DNA of 64,000 bases from Limisphaerales bacterium (GCA_965227305.1 OZ245740.1:2515371-2579370), one strand, 5' to 3'; shown: positions 43,777 through 54,048, counted from the first letter of the stretch. The notes: a model not told the origin generated them from the letters alone. Numbers and translations are program-made.

Positions 43777-46700
43777 ACTGAGGAGAGGTGATGATCAATT
43801 GGATCGCGGATGCCGCTCGATAACCGGGATCCTGATTCAAATCTTCCAGGGTAGCACGGAGGGCCGTTCGCATCTCGGACGACATGCTGTTCGCCATCAA
43901 CACTAAGTCGAGGTAATCAAGCAATGCGTCTACATCGGAAGCAACGGCAATGGCCGCAGCCAGGTTCAAGCGGATGCGATCCGCGAAACCCGAGCCTGAG
44001 CCAAATCCACGGACAATGCCCTGATGCACAAAGTTAGCCCCGTCAATTGCTCGCACCTCGGAAGTAATCTGGAACTCCGGCGCCACCAACCCGGCGTCTT
44101 GAATGGGTCCGGACGGACTGTAGTCTTTATCGAAAAAGTTAAACACGCTCGGAGCATGAACGGGAGCTTGCCCGAGCGGGCCCAGCACCGATCTGCCAAA
44201 GCCAAACCGGCCCAACGCGGGGGGGCTATCACTCTGAAAGTCGTAGAAGGCTCGAATCAGATGGGTTAGGCGAATGATCGGTTCCCGCTGCTTGCCGTAT
44301 CCCGGATCTGTCAGACGACTTGGATCACGCGCTTCTTCGTCCAGCATGATGGCCTTAATGATCGCAGCCATATTGCCGCGTTCTCCCTGGCCGTTATCGT
44401 TAAAGGCGGACGCCACTCGATAAATATAGCCGGGACTCGGGTTGCTCGTCACAAGCCGTTGGATCAAGGCCCGCGCAACGAACGGCCCCATATTGGGATG
44501 ATGGAAGATATTGTCCAAAGCATCAGACAGATCATCATAGGCCGTCTGATTGGCCGGCAACACCACGCCGCCAAACAGCGTTTTAGGATCTGTATCATGA
44601 TACTCTTCGAAGGCCATCATCGGGCTCATGAAGTCGGCCTCGCCACTCCGCGCCCGAAAGAACTCGCTTGATCCGCTAAAGGTCCACCCCGTGAATACCC
44701 GCGAAAACGTCAGGATCTCCTCCATCCCGTAAGTCGGGATCAAGTCACCGTCCGTATCCGTCTGGTCCGTGCCATCCGGATTCAACCACTTGAGCCCAAT
44801 CGTAAACAACTGGAGCAATTCCCGACCATAGTTCTCATCCGGCAATAACCCGAGTTCTGGATTCGCTTTCGAGCTACGAACAATCGTGAGATAGATGCCC
44901 ATCATCGGGCTCAGTGAGACTTCTTCCATGATGTCCCGGTAATTCCCAAACGCGTTTCGAACCATAATGTCATAGTAGTTCGCGACGGCCATCGGGTATT
45001 GCTGTAGCGCCGGGCTACGGTCTGACACCACGAAGATCTCACTCAACGCAAAGGCCACCCGCTGCCGCAATTGATCCGGCGCTTCCATCGCATGGGTCCA
45101 CCAGGTATACATCCGATCATCGACCCGCGGCGTACGCGGCGTGACCGAAGGCGCACCCATCACGTCCTGGCCAAAGTCATAGAACCCATCGCCGAGCAGC
45201 GTCATTGCCCACTGCAAATGATCCACGTGCAAGGTCGGCGGGAGATCAATCTGATCGTTCAGCCAGGGTTCAATTCCCATGGATTGCACGCGCTGAATCT
45301 CAGCGTGAGAAGGTCCAAAGGTTCCCTGTGCGAGCAGCCGAGCCGCATCCTCCGGACTCACCGCACCGGGCAGCGTCCAACCCGATGGAGCGGGCGGGAT
45401 AAACCCTGGCGGAGGCGGCGGTGGCCACGACGCACTCGTCCCCTGCCCGACCGGCCGCTCGACCCGAATATGCCGCGAAACGATGTCTGAGTGATTCCCC
45501 GAGGAATCGTAGACCGAATACGCCACATGGTAATTCCCCGGCGTGTTCGGATCCACCTCACCCACGACTTCGACCCAGTCCGTCAAATCACCATCGACGT
45601 TATCCAGCGCCTGATAGCCCGGTTCCGCGTAGCCGGCTCCTACGAGGATCGTCTGCGAGATAGGGCCACTCAGTGTGATCACCGGCGGTTCCAAATCATT
45701 GGCCGCCGAGAACGGAGAAAGGAATCCACCAGCAATGATCTGACGTTCCCCGATTCCGGGTCCGGTCCACGCAGCAGCCAAGTGATCGCCGCCGCCGCCC
45801 TCTTTGTGCCAGATTTCGATGTAATAGCGCGTCCCTCCGACCAACGGGATTCGCTCAGAAGTCTGCTCCGGGAACTTGTCCCACTGCTCAGCCTGCGTCC
45901 AACTCGGCACGCGAGCCACGGGATAGGCGGACGCGGGATCATCCGTCTCTCCGAGCCACAACTGGGTCTCATCATCACCCGAGATCCAAAATTGGTAATC
46001 ACCATCGGCCGGCGGATGAAGAAACCCTCGAATCCGAGTGCCATAACTATTTCCCCAGCCCGGGGCCACTTTCAGAGCACTGATGATCTCGCGGAAATCG
46101 GGCTGATCCGGAAAGCTCGGTGCGGCTTCCAAGTGACGAAGTCGGCTGCCCGAGATGCCTTCATACACCTCTCGCAAGATTCGCCCTGAACTTGGGGAGG
46201 CCGGAGCAGCAACGTGAACCTGCAAATCATCTGAGGCTCGATTGAGTCCGTCATTGGCCCTGAGACGAAGCGTATAATCGCCCGGCCCCGGAAAGACCGC
46301 GGTTGCCGACGCGGCGTTGTCACGGGTCAACAACACGTCGTCTCCTCCCACCTGTTCCCAACTCGAAACAACCTGATAGGGTCCCGGCGCCAAGTCGTGG
46401 ACCAAGCCCTCAAGCGGCAAGAACGGCGCTGGCCAAGCCAATTGCACATCCGGGCCCGCAATGACGAACAGATCGGAATCTGACAATAACGCGGGGCCAT
46501 AGGGTTCGAGAAAACCGCCGGGAATGATGACCGGCTCTTCCGTCTCCGTGCGCGTCCAGCCCACCGCTACGTGGTCCAAACCGCTTCGTTCCTTTTGCAA
46601 GGCCTCGACGTAGTACCGCTGTCCCCCGGTCAGTTGTAACGGGCGGGAACGCTGACTCGGATACCGGTTCCACTGACGGTACTTCGTCCATCCGTCAATA

Positions 46701-49700
46701 AAGGCAATGCGCTCCGGATTTGCATCCGTTCCATCCGCGCCAAAATAAAGTTCCGAATAGTCGTCTCCCGAAAGCCACAGGTAATAGGTGCCTGTTTCCG
46801 GCGGGTAGAGGTAGCCACGCAAACGCGTGCCGTAGTTCTCCGCCCAATCACGCGGAGTTTCGAAATCAGAAACCAGATCGGAAAAGGTCGGCGAATCCGG
46901 GAACAGATCACTCTCAACGAGATTCGAAACCCGCACACCGCCCAATTGCATCCACACCTCTCGCAGCAGGCCACTCGGCCCCGAGCCAGCCGGTGGTGCA
47001 ATCGACACCGCAATATCCCGGTAGGCATCATGCACCCCATCACCCGCTCCAAACCGGATCACATAATCCCCCGGGGTATCAAAGATCGCCGTCGTCAACT
47101 GAGAGTTCGGATCCGTGAAGGATACATTTCCACCGTTCAACACCTGCCAGTAATAGTCCAACGAGCGCGGTCCTTTGCGCAGGTCAAAGGCAAGACCTTG
47201 CAGTGGCAACTGGGCTTCCGGCCAAACGAGTTCGTAACGGTTCGCAGTAAGCAGCTGAATCTGACCGTCAAACGGAACGGCCGGGGCAAACGGCGAAAGA
47301 AAGCTCCCGCCAATCACGCGCGGTTCCGACCACTGAGGCCCCGTCCATCCCACGGCAAAATGGTCCGAGCCGCCGGACTCTTTGTGAAAAGCCTGGAGAA
47401 AATAGCGCTGTCCCGATTCCAATCGGATCGGACTCGAAGCCTGATACGGTTTCCGAAACCAGTCACGGGGACGATTCCAACTATTCACGAACGCCACCCG
47501 CACCGCGTCCTCCGGACGATCACTCGAACTGAGCCAAAGCTCCGAATAGTCGTCTGAAGACAGGAAGAACTGGTAGTCCCCCGATTCCGGCACGTGCAAA
47601 TAACCCCGGAATCGAGCCCCGTAGTCATTCGCCCAATTCGAAGGCACTTCGAGTTGGGAAATCACATCACTGATGGTCGGCGGCGCCTGGAACCGCTCGG
47701 ATTCCAGCAAGGCTTCGACCGTCTTTCCCCGAACCCCTAGCCAAACCTCTCGGTTCACCCACCCCACATCCGGCGCCAAGGGCGGGAGAATCTCCACCAC
47801 AACTTGATCCGAGTGCCGATCCACGCCGTCCGTACCCGTCAACTCAAACACATGTCGCCCCGCCTCCAAAATCTGAACGGAGGTCTCCAACGACTGCGGA
47901 TTTTCAATAACGACGGAGCCCGGAGCCGCCGCTGAGACCAGTCGCCATTCAAACGTCGGCGCACGGCCGTCTTCCGGTCGCGCGTAATGGAATGCTCCCG
48001 CCAAACTAAAACTTGATTGGGGTTGAAAGTGCTCTTGATCCATCCCCGCGTGAACAAACAGAACTTGTCCCGGAGACGTTGGTGTTCCGACCTCGAATGG
48101 AGAAAGAAACCCCCCGTGAATGATCTGCCGAGAAGGCAGTCCGGGCCCTTCCCACGCCACTTCCACGTGGTCTCCCCCGCCGCCTTCTTTGTTCAAGACT
48201 TCAATGTAATACCGGGTTCCCGGCACCAACGAAACCGGCTCCGACTGTTGTTCGGGGTACCGATCCCATTGCTCGACCCGCGTCCAACCTTTGACGAACG
48301 CAATCCGCTGCCGTTTTGCGGGATCTCCATCCGGACTTAGATACAACTCACTCTGATCGTCTCCAGAAATCCAAAACGTAAACTCGCCTGGCTCCGGAGG
48401 GTGAAGATACCCGAGCAGACGCGTGCCGTAGGCATCGGACCAATCTACCGGAGTCTCCAGACTCGGCAGCGTATCCCGCAGAAAAGGCTTATCTGGAAAG
48501 TCCGGATGATCCGTGAGTCGGGATAACTTGCTACTGCCAATTCCAAACCAAACATGGCGCGTCACCCCGCCCAATTCCGGCGCTAGGGGCGGCCGCACGG
48601 TCACAGCCAATTCTGCCTGCCGCTCGTGGAGCCCATCACTAGCGACAACCCGCACCACGTAATCACCCGGTCTCGGAAAAACAGCGGTCGTCTCAAAACT
48701 ACTCGGATTCTCAAACGTAACCCCCGATCCAGCAACACCCGGCTCCCACCTTACACTCACGGCCTCGGGCCCCTCTTCCAAGTCGAACACCGTAGCGGCA
48801 ACGTCCATGCGATCGTTCGGCCAGTAGGTAAACGAATCGCCCTCCAGGACAATCTGCAACTCACCGAGATACGGTGGCGCCGCTTCAAACGGGATCAAGT
48901 AACTCCCGGCAATAATCTCCCGATCCGGAATCCCCGGGCCCCGCCAAGCCGCGGCAAAGTAGTCGGCCCCGCGGGCTTCTTTAAACAACGCTTCAACGTA
49001 ATAACGCTGTCCCGCCACCAAGGGGATCCCGGCCGCGTGTTGGCTGGAGCGACGATCCCACTGCTCCCGCCCCACCCATTGAGTGAGCGAGGCCACGAGA
49101 CTTGCATTCGCCGGGTTGTCATCTGGGCTAAGCCACAATTCAGAGTAGTCATCACTGGCAATCCAGAGATCGTAAAGCCCGGTTTCTGGAGCAATCAAAT
49201 ATCCCCTCAGGCGACTGCCGTAGTCGTCATTCCAGTTCGTCGGCAACTCAAAATCTGGCACCACATCGACAACATCCGCGGGTTGATCCAAAACACCACT
49301 CTCCACCAAATCCCCCACGCCGCGCCCGCGAATCCCAAGCCAGACCTCTCGGGTCAAACCACCCGCTTCCGGGTCAATGGCCGCACGAATCTCGACCCGC
49401 ACGGTATCCATGGCCGTTTCCGCATCATCATTCAAAGCCAGCTGGAGTTCATATACCCCTTCTCCCGGGAAATGAGCCCGCGTCTCAAAGGCACTCGGAT
49501 CCTCAATCACCACACCCGGCGTTCCCGAAATCTGAGACCAGTTCGCTCGGGGTTCTCCATCCGATTTTTGCAGATACCGATGTCCGCCCCGAAGCACCAA
49601 CTCACGCCGCGGACTGTGCAGCACCCGATCTTTCCCCGCCAAGGCGATCAAGTTGGCAGCCGGATCGAAATCCGGGAACGCCCGAAACGGCGTCAGAAAC

Positions 49701-51595
49701 TCTCCCTCAAGAATCTCGGGCCCGGACTGCAACGGGCCTTCCCAAAATACCGTAACGTGGTCACCGCCCCAATTATCCTTTTGCAACACTTCAATGTAGT
49801 AACGTTGCCCGGCTTCCAAGGTCTGGACTCCGGACCGCTGTTCGGGAAAGCGATCGATTTGGTGAAGTCGCGTTCCTCGTGGCACACTCGCAATCACAAC
49901 CGCGTCATCCGGATTTTCAGAGGGACTCAGTAACAGCACCGCACTGTCATCCCCGGAAAGCCAGAACCGGTACGCACCACTCACCGGAGGATGAACAAAT
50001 CCCCGCGTTCGAGCCCCGAACTGGCTCGCCCAATTCACCGGCCCATCAAATGAGGGAAGCTGCGCCACCGTGTCAGGAAAAAACGGAAAGCGTAAATCCG
50101 CCTGCAACGATTCCACACTCGATCCTTTGATCCCCAACCACGCTTCCCGGGTGACGCCACCGACATCCGGTCCCAATTCCGGGTACACCGAGACGTTGAC
50201 CTCATCAGAGACCACTTGGCCCTCATGTTCGAATCGGAGTTCAAACGCATACTCACCGTACGTCGGCACCCAAACCTCCGTCTCCAAATCAGTCGGCGAG
50301 GCAATATTGGCACCCGCTAGACCAACGGATCGCCACTCCACGCTGGGGTTTTCAATCCCGCTGCCCAACGGAAAGAACCGCCCGGCAAGCCGAAAGGTTT
50401 GTCGCGGGAGGTAGATGTATTGATCGGCTCCGGAGCTGAGAACAAAGTCAGGGTCCCCAACGTACTGAGGCCCGTCTTTGAACGGAGTCAGAAACGCTCC
50501 CGAAATGACCTGGCGTTCCGGCACCACGGGACCACTCCAGGCGACCGCGAGATTGTCGCCCCCCCAACCTTCTTTATGCAGCGCCTCAATGTAGTATTCT
50601 TGCCCTGCGACCAAGGCAATCGGCACAGAACGCTGCTGCGGAAACTTGTCCCAACCGCGCACCGGGGCCCAACTGGGCACCCACGCGATCAGCTCTCTAG
50701 AAAGGGGTTCGTCAGAAGTCCCGAGATACAGCTCCGATTGATCGTCCCCCGCGATCCAGAAGGTGTAGAGTCCCGACGAGGGCGCTCGCAACAACGCACG
50801 CAAGCGCGTGCCATAGGTATTCGCCCATTTGGTCGGCGCCTCAAAATCCATCAAGACATCCGAAAAAGCGGGCGATCCAGGGAAATCCGGATGAGCGCGA
50901 AGATTCTTCAATCCCGAACCACCGATTCCTAACCAAACTTCCCGATAAACCCCACCGACAACGGGTGGAGGCAACGGCGGTGCGACCGGATTCCCATTGG
51001 GCACGCCAAACATCACCGAACGCCAAGCCAACTGATCCAAGCGAATCTCTCCCGTGCCTGGCAAGAATCGTAGACTCGACTCATGAGAAAGCGTCAGCGA
51101 CTCCAGCAGTTCTCCATCCACTCGAATCTCAAATCCATTGGGACTGGCCTGAATCTCGAAAGTCTGCCAAGCCGAAGTCCCTTGACTCTCCGGTAGGGTC
51201 AGGGTCAAAGGCTCAAGCTCAATCTGTTCCGTCCCCAGTCCCGAACCAGCGACCTCGAACGATACCAACCAGCCACCCCCCGCAGGATCCATCAAGGGAA
51301 TCTCGAACACCCCATCGCCTTCCGGCGCAACGAGGGACAGCACCTGCCCGTGCTCAACATCATCCTCCACAATCTCAAGAGCCATCCCCTCAGCAACCAC
51401 TCCGATCACCTCACCAAAATCGACCGGTCCCAGGCCATACCCTTCCTCCGCCTCAAATCCCAAGGTCCCTCCCCGAACGGCACCTCCCGAAGCCCAACAA
51501 ACGAACAACGCCACGCAGAGCCCTTGCCAGCTCAAACAAGACCGGAACATCCGCCCCAACCGCACCGCACCACCCGACTGATATGATTCAAACAT
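43760..51595 (-). CDS. Giant secreted protein: N-terminal domain + 7 PA14 modules alternating with Ig-like modules + DUF5011-like Ig domain + C-terminal DUF1800 domain
   Basis: The 2611-aa ORF has a signal peptide. Seven PA14 cores are present (GQEYYIEALHKEGWGGDNLAVAWSGP, GQRYYIEVLQKDNWGGDHVTVFWEGP, GQRYYVEALFKEARGADYFAAAWRGP, GTRYYIEVLNKEGGGGDHVEVAWEGP, GQRYFLQAFHKESGGSDHFAVGWTGP, GQRYYVEALQKERSGLDHVAVGWTRT, GTRYYIEIWHKEGGGGDHLAAAWTGP). The last ~480 aa follow the DUF1800 pattern (LLAQGTFGP..., ...FDKDYSPSGP...). Confidence 0.85.
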   Translation of the reverse strand: MFESYQSGGAVRLGRMFRSCLSWQGLCVALFVCWASGGAVRGGTLGFEAEEGYGLGPVDFGEVIGVVAEGMALEIVEDDVEHGQVLSLVAPEGDGVFEIPLMDPAGGGWLVSFEVAGSGLGTEQIELEPLTLTLPESQGTSAWQTFEIQASPNGFEIRVDGELLESLTLSHESSLRFLPGTGEIRLDQLAWRSVMFGVPNGNPVAPPLPPPVVGGVYREVWLGIGGSGLKNLRAHPDFPGSPAFSDVLMDFEAPTKWANTYGTRLRALLRAPSSGLYTFWIAGDDQSELYLGTSDEPLSRELIAWVPSWAPVRGWDKFPQQRSVPIALVAGQEYYIEALHKEGWGGDNLAVAWSGPVVPERQVISGAFLTPFKDGPQYVGDPDFVLSSGADQYIYLPRQTFRLAGRFFPLGSGIENPSVEWRSVGLAGANIASPTDLETEVWVPTYGEYAFELRFEHEGQVVSDEVNVSVYPELGPDVGGVTREAWLGIKGSSVESLQADLRFPFFPDTVAQLPSFDGPVNWASQFGARTRGFVHPPVSGAYRFWLSGDDSAVLLLSPSENPDDAVVIASVPRGTRLHQIDRFPEQRSGVQTLEAGQRYYIEVLQKDNWGGDHVTVFWEGPLQSGPEILEGEFLTPFRAFPDFDPAANLIALAGKDRVLHSPRRELVLRGGHRYLQKSDGEPRANWSQISGTPGVVIEDPSAFETRAHFPGEGVYELQLALNDDAETAMDTVRVEIRAAIDPEAGGLTREVWLGIRGRGVGDLVESGVLDQPADVVDVVPDFELPTNWNDDYGSRLRGYLIAPETGLYDLWIASDDYSELWLSPDDNPANASLVASLTQWVGREQWDRRSSQHAAGIPLVAGQRYYVEALFKEARGADYFAAAWRGPGIPDREIIAGSYLIPFEAAPPYLGELQIVLEGDSFTYWPNDRMDVAATVFDLEEGPEAVSVRWEPGVAGSGVTFENPSSFETTAVFPRPGDYVVRVVASDGLHERQAELAVTVRPPLAPELGGVTRHVWFGIGSSKLSRLTDHPDFPDKPFLRDTLPSLETPVDWSDAYGTRLLGYLHPPEPGEFTFWISGDDQSELYLSPDGDPAKRQRIAFVKGWTRVEQWDRYPEQQSEPVSLVPGTRYYIEVLNKEGGGGDHVEVAWEGPGLPSRQIIHGGFLSPFEVGTPTSPGQVLFVHAGMDQEHFQPQSSFSLAGAFHYARPEDGRAPTFEWRLVSAAAPGSVVIENPQSLETSVQILEAGRHVFELTGTDGVDRHSDQVVVEILPPLAPDVGWVNREVWLGVRGKTVEALLESERFQAPPTISDVISQLEVPSNWANDYGARFRGYLHVPESGDYQFFLSSDDYSELWLSSSDRPEDAVRVAFVNSWNRPRDWFRKPYQASSPIRLESGQRYFLQAFHKESGGSDHFAVGWTGPQWSEPRVIGGSFLSPFAPAVPFDGQIQLLTANRYELVWPEAQLPLQGLAFDLRKGPRSLDYYWQVLNGGNVSFTDPNSQLTTAIFDTPGDYVIRFGAGDGVHDAYRDIAVSIAPPAGSGPSGLLREVWMQLGGVRVSNLVESDLFPDSPTFSDLVSDFETPRDWAENYGTRLRGYLYPPETGTYYLWLSGDDYSELYFGADGTDANPERIAFIDGWTKYRQWNRYPSQRSRPLQLTGGQRYYVEALQKERSGLDHVAVGWTRTETEEPVIIPGGFLEPYGPALLSDSDLFVIAGPDVQLAWPAPFLPLEGLVHDLAPGPYQVVSSWEQVGGDDVLLTRDNAASATAVFPGPGDYTLRLRANDGLNRASDDLQVHVAAPASPSSGRILREVYEGISGSRLRHLEAAPSFPDQPDFREIISALKVAPGWGNSYGTRIRGFLHPPADGDYQFWISGDDETQLWLGETDDPASAYPVARVPSWTQAEQWDKFPEQTSERIPLVGGTRYYIEIWHKEGGGGDHLAAAWTGPGIGERQIIAGGFLSPFSAANDLEPPVITLSGPISQTILVGAGYAEPGYQALDNVDGDLTDWVEVVGEVDPNTPGNYHVAYSVYDSSGNHSDIVSRHIRVERPVGQGTSASWPPPPPPGFIPPAPSGWTLPGAVSPEDAARLLAQGTFGPSHAEIQRVQSMGIEPWLNDQIDLPPTLHVDHLQWAMTLLGDGFYDFGQDVMGAPSVTPRTPRVDDRMYTWWTHAMEAPDQLRQRVAFALSEIFVVSDRSPALQQYPMAVANYYDIMVRNAFGNYRDIMEEVSLSPMMGIYLTIVRSSKANPELGLLPDENYGRELLQLFTIGLKWLNPDGTDQTDTDGDLIPTYGMEEILTFSRVFTGWTFSGSSEFFRARSGEADFMSPMMAFEEYHDTDPKTLFGGVVLPANQTAYDDLSDALDNIFHHPNMGPFVARALIQRLVTSNPSPGYIYRVASAFNDNGQGERGNMAAIIKAIMLDEEARDPSRLTDPGYGKQREPIIRLTHLIRAFYDFQSDSPPALGRFGFGRSVLGPLGQAPVHAPSVFNFFDKDYSPSGPIQDAGLVAPEFQITSEVRAIDGANFVHQGIVRGFGSGSGFADRIRLNLAAAIAVASDVDALLDYLDLVLMANSMSSEMRTALRATLEDLNQDPGYRAASAIQLIITSPQFAIQR

Positions 51596-51886
51596 AGGCT
51601 CTCGCCGCTTCAGATTTTAGGTCACCCAAAATACCCCACCAGGCGGCATTCACCCCAAGCAACTGCCTCTCGCAGTCCTCGAAGCATTTCGCTCACCCAT
51701 GGACTTCCTAAATCATTCGCCCACAATGGGGCTTTCTCGCAACTTCTATGAATAGCCAAGAGAACCCCTAAAGCGACGAGCAAGGCCCGGAAACGGCTAA
51801 GAGTCGACCCAGTAACATCTCAACAAAAGAGTATGTAGCGGTTTCGAGTATCGTATTCCAACCACACCAAGCCCCCTCGCCCCCCA

Positions 51887-51920
51887 TTTTGCACTTTGCA
51901 GTTCGCAGTTCGTGGTTTGC
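51887..51920. repeat. Degenerate TTTGCAG heptamer array, locus C
   Basis: TTTTGCAC TTTGCAG TTCGCAG TTCGTGG TTTGC is about five tandem heptamers. It sits in the divergent promoter region between the giant gene (start 51595) and the gene starting at 52052. Confidence 0.5.
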
Positions 51921-52051
51921 CCCCCACTCCGAGCCCCGCATCATCTCAAGCCCCCATAAAAATCCAGCATTTTCACTTGCCGCTCCACCACAAGCCATGG
52001 GACCCTACATTAGGATCAGCTAATATCGTCACGACCTCAAATCGAACGCAT

Positions 52052-53365
52052 ATGAAAATGGCATCGGGCTTGAAATCGCTCCTCATCGTAGGGACAACCA
52101 CCCTGACCCTAAGCACCTCAGCGGCCACCTTCCCTCACCGCGTGGCCTACATCGGCAGCGACGACCAGCGCGCCAACGAATACGAAGCGTTCCTAAACCA
52201 ACACTTCCAAGAAGTCACCCAGCACGACCGAGCCCAGTTCAAGCCGGTCGACGCAACGGGGGCCGATGTAGTGATTCTGGACTGGCCGCAAGGCGTCGGC
52301 CCCTTTCCTCCGACAGACTGCCCTCTCGGGGAACGCGCTAAATGGAACAAACCAACCGTGCTCCTCGGCAGCGCAGGCCTCAACGTTGCAGTCACCTGGA
52401 AGGCCGTCGGCGGTGTGGGCTGAACGTGCCTAAAACCTTTCGCGCACGTGTTGCGCGACCACGAGATCTTTCAAAAACCATTACCTATCGAAGTCGGCAA
52501 CACGATCCCGAAGCCTCGCCCCGAAGCTTGGCGCTATGAGACCGAAAAGCCGATCCTACGAGTGCTCCCGCTCGTCACCGATACCACCAAGACGTACCGC
52601 TCCGGTTGGTGCACCTACACGTACTACTTCCCCGACACACCAGACCTCGAAGTGATGAGCGGAGGCATCAACACCAAAACAATCGAGGCCGGTGGTCTCT
52701 GGCGGCAAGGCCACCTCATGCACTTTGGATTCGATCTCTCGCCGACTGAGATGAATGAGAACGGGAGAGCCCTCTTGATCAACTCGATCGTCTACATCGC
52801 CAAATTCTCAGACGATCGCCCGATCCCGACCGTTCCATCCGTATTCGCCGGAATCGCCACGCGGCACCGCAAGTTCATAGATCGAACGCTTTCGCGTCAG
52901 GATCTCAATGGACAGACGATTCCATATCTCAAGACACTCGTGGCTGAAGAGACCTTGGGGGCGGCTCGCACCGAGAACGTCGACAAACTCAAGGCGTACT
53001 TCGCCAAAGTCGGCGAATACCTCTACGCACGTACGGACGGCAAGCTCATCATCGACAAAGACGCCCAAAAACTTGGCATCTCCCCTCGGAGTCCCCAGTT
53101 CCTAACAAAGACCGTTGCGGAGCTTTCCGAGAGCCGGCGACGATCCGACGCAGCCCGCCGGATGCTCGACCGCTATCGCCCACACGAGGCGCCACCCGCC
53201 ACCGCTCCAAAACGAGATTGGAAATCCTGGCTAAACGAAAACAAAAACTACCTCTTCTTCTGTGATGGGGGCTGGTACCGCTGGTATCTAGATCCGCTAG
53301 CCAAGAAACGCGGCATCCCCACGGCAGAACTACGCGGACCAAAACGGGCCACGCCTTCCCATTAG
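52052..53365 (+). CDS. Secreted protein of unknown family interrupted by one in-frame TGA (52421-52423): candidate selenoprotein, read-through gene or pseudogene
   Basis: Track ORFs 51896..52423 and 52448..53365 are in the same frame and are separated only by the TGA plus 8 sense codons. The joined sequence reads ...VTWKAVGGVG-[TGA]-TCLKPFAHVLRDHEIFQ.... The signal peptide MKMASGLKSLLIVGTTTLTLSTSAA starts at ATG 52052. Confidence 0.5.
52440..52458 (+). promoter_or_regulatory. SECIS-like hairpin downstream of the in-frame TGA
   Basis: TCGCGCA (52440-52446), loop CGTGT, TGCGCGA (52452-52458) form a 7-bp perfect stem. The loop starts 24 nt after the TGA and contains GU. Confidence 0.4.
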
Positions 53366-53415
53366 TCAACGGCAGGAATCTCTCGACCTCTAGCCGGACA
53401 GAACTGACATGAGGC

Positions 53416-53952
53416 CTACTCGTTTACGACGGAAACGACAGCCGTGAGTTCGACGGTTCGCGGCGGCCAACAGATCTCCAGATCACAGGCTTGATAGCCT
53501 AACTGGCAAGAAACGGTGACTTCTCCACGAGCGGTATCCGGATCAAGGACGAGTTCACGGCCAAAGACAAAGCTCCCCTCATAGACATCATTGCTGCCAG
53601 TGACATCCTTCGACGCAGGCGGTAGAATCCAATCACCCACCGGGGCAAAGGAGTCACTCGGCGCCAGTTCGAGTGTGGTCGCTATCCCAGGCCCGGAGTT
53701 CTGCAAGGAATAGATATGCCAGCCCTCAGCCATATCGACCTTCACAACAAAATGAACGCGACTCCCCGCCTGAGTGGGTGACGGCCGCACTGCCGCCGTC
53801 ACAGCCAAAGGTGCATGATTCGCGGGAGGAGCAACCTCAATGGGTTCAGCCAGGCGCTGAATGGACTCGTAGGTCAGCGGTCCTACGGGAATCGAATCCG
53901 TTCGACAGCCAGCTAAGCAGAACAACGCCAGTATTACTAAATTCCCGCGCAT
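53416..53952 (-). CDS. Lipoprotein with DsbD-N/DsbC-corrector-like (thiol:disulfide interchange N-terminal) domain
   Basis: The lipobox is MRGNLVILALFCLAGC, from ATG 53952. The domain pattern is HFVVKVDMAEGWHIYS...LGYQACDLEICWPP. The track start at 54147 runs through a REP-like element and was rejected. Confidence 0.75.
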   Translation of the reverse strand: MRGNLVILALFCLAGCRTDSIPVGPLTYESIQRLAEPIEVAPPANHAPLAVTAAVRPSPTQAGSRVHFVVKVDMAEGWHIYSLQNSGPGIATTLELAPSDSFAPVGDWILPPASKDVTGSNDVYEGSFVFGRELVLDPDTARGEVTVSCQLGYQACDLEICWPPRTVELTAVVSVVNE

Positions 53953-54048
53953 GCCCAACTCTACAACATAAGCGCACCTTTTCCAGCCTCCGGAAACCCT
54001 CAATCCGCCTTTCGTCAAGAGTCCGTCCCGAATCAGACCAAGTTCAGA

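Noticed and set aside
43966-51597. Many ORFs inside or antisense to the giant gene (e.g. 48626..49933, 435 aa; 45491..46189; 50399..50932; 50965..51597)
   Set aside because: All overlap the 2611-aa PA14/DUF1800 ORF, whose repeat structure and domain motifs are coherent. The alternatives are low-complexity R/P/S-rich translations.
51887-51920. A CRISPR array or other long tandem repeat as an explanation for the TTTGCAG arrays
   Set aside because: The units are only 7 bp, degenerate, contiguous (no spacers) and number five at most. No CRISPR-like repeat-spacer structure occurs anywhere in the window.
52421-52423. Genome-wide reassignment of UGA (code 4/25) as an explanation for the two in-frame TGAs
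   Set aside because: TGA is the natural terminator of many confident genes in this window. Examples are the kinase at 1824, the SDR at 15895, blaI at 18243, SLC13 at 20964, Nramp at 31402 and the enolase-family gene at 31428. Their C-termini look complete.
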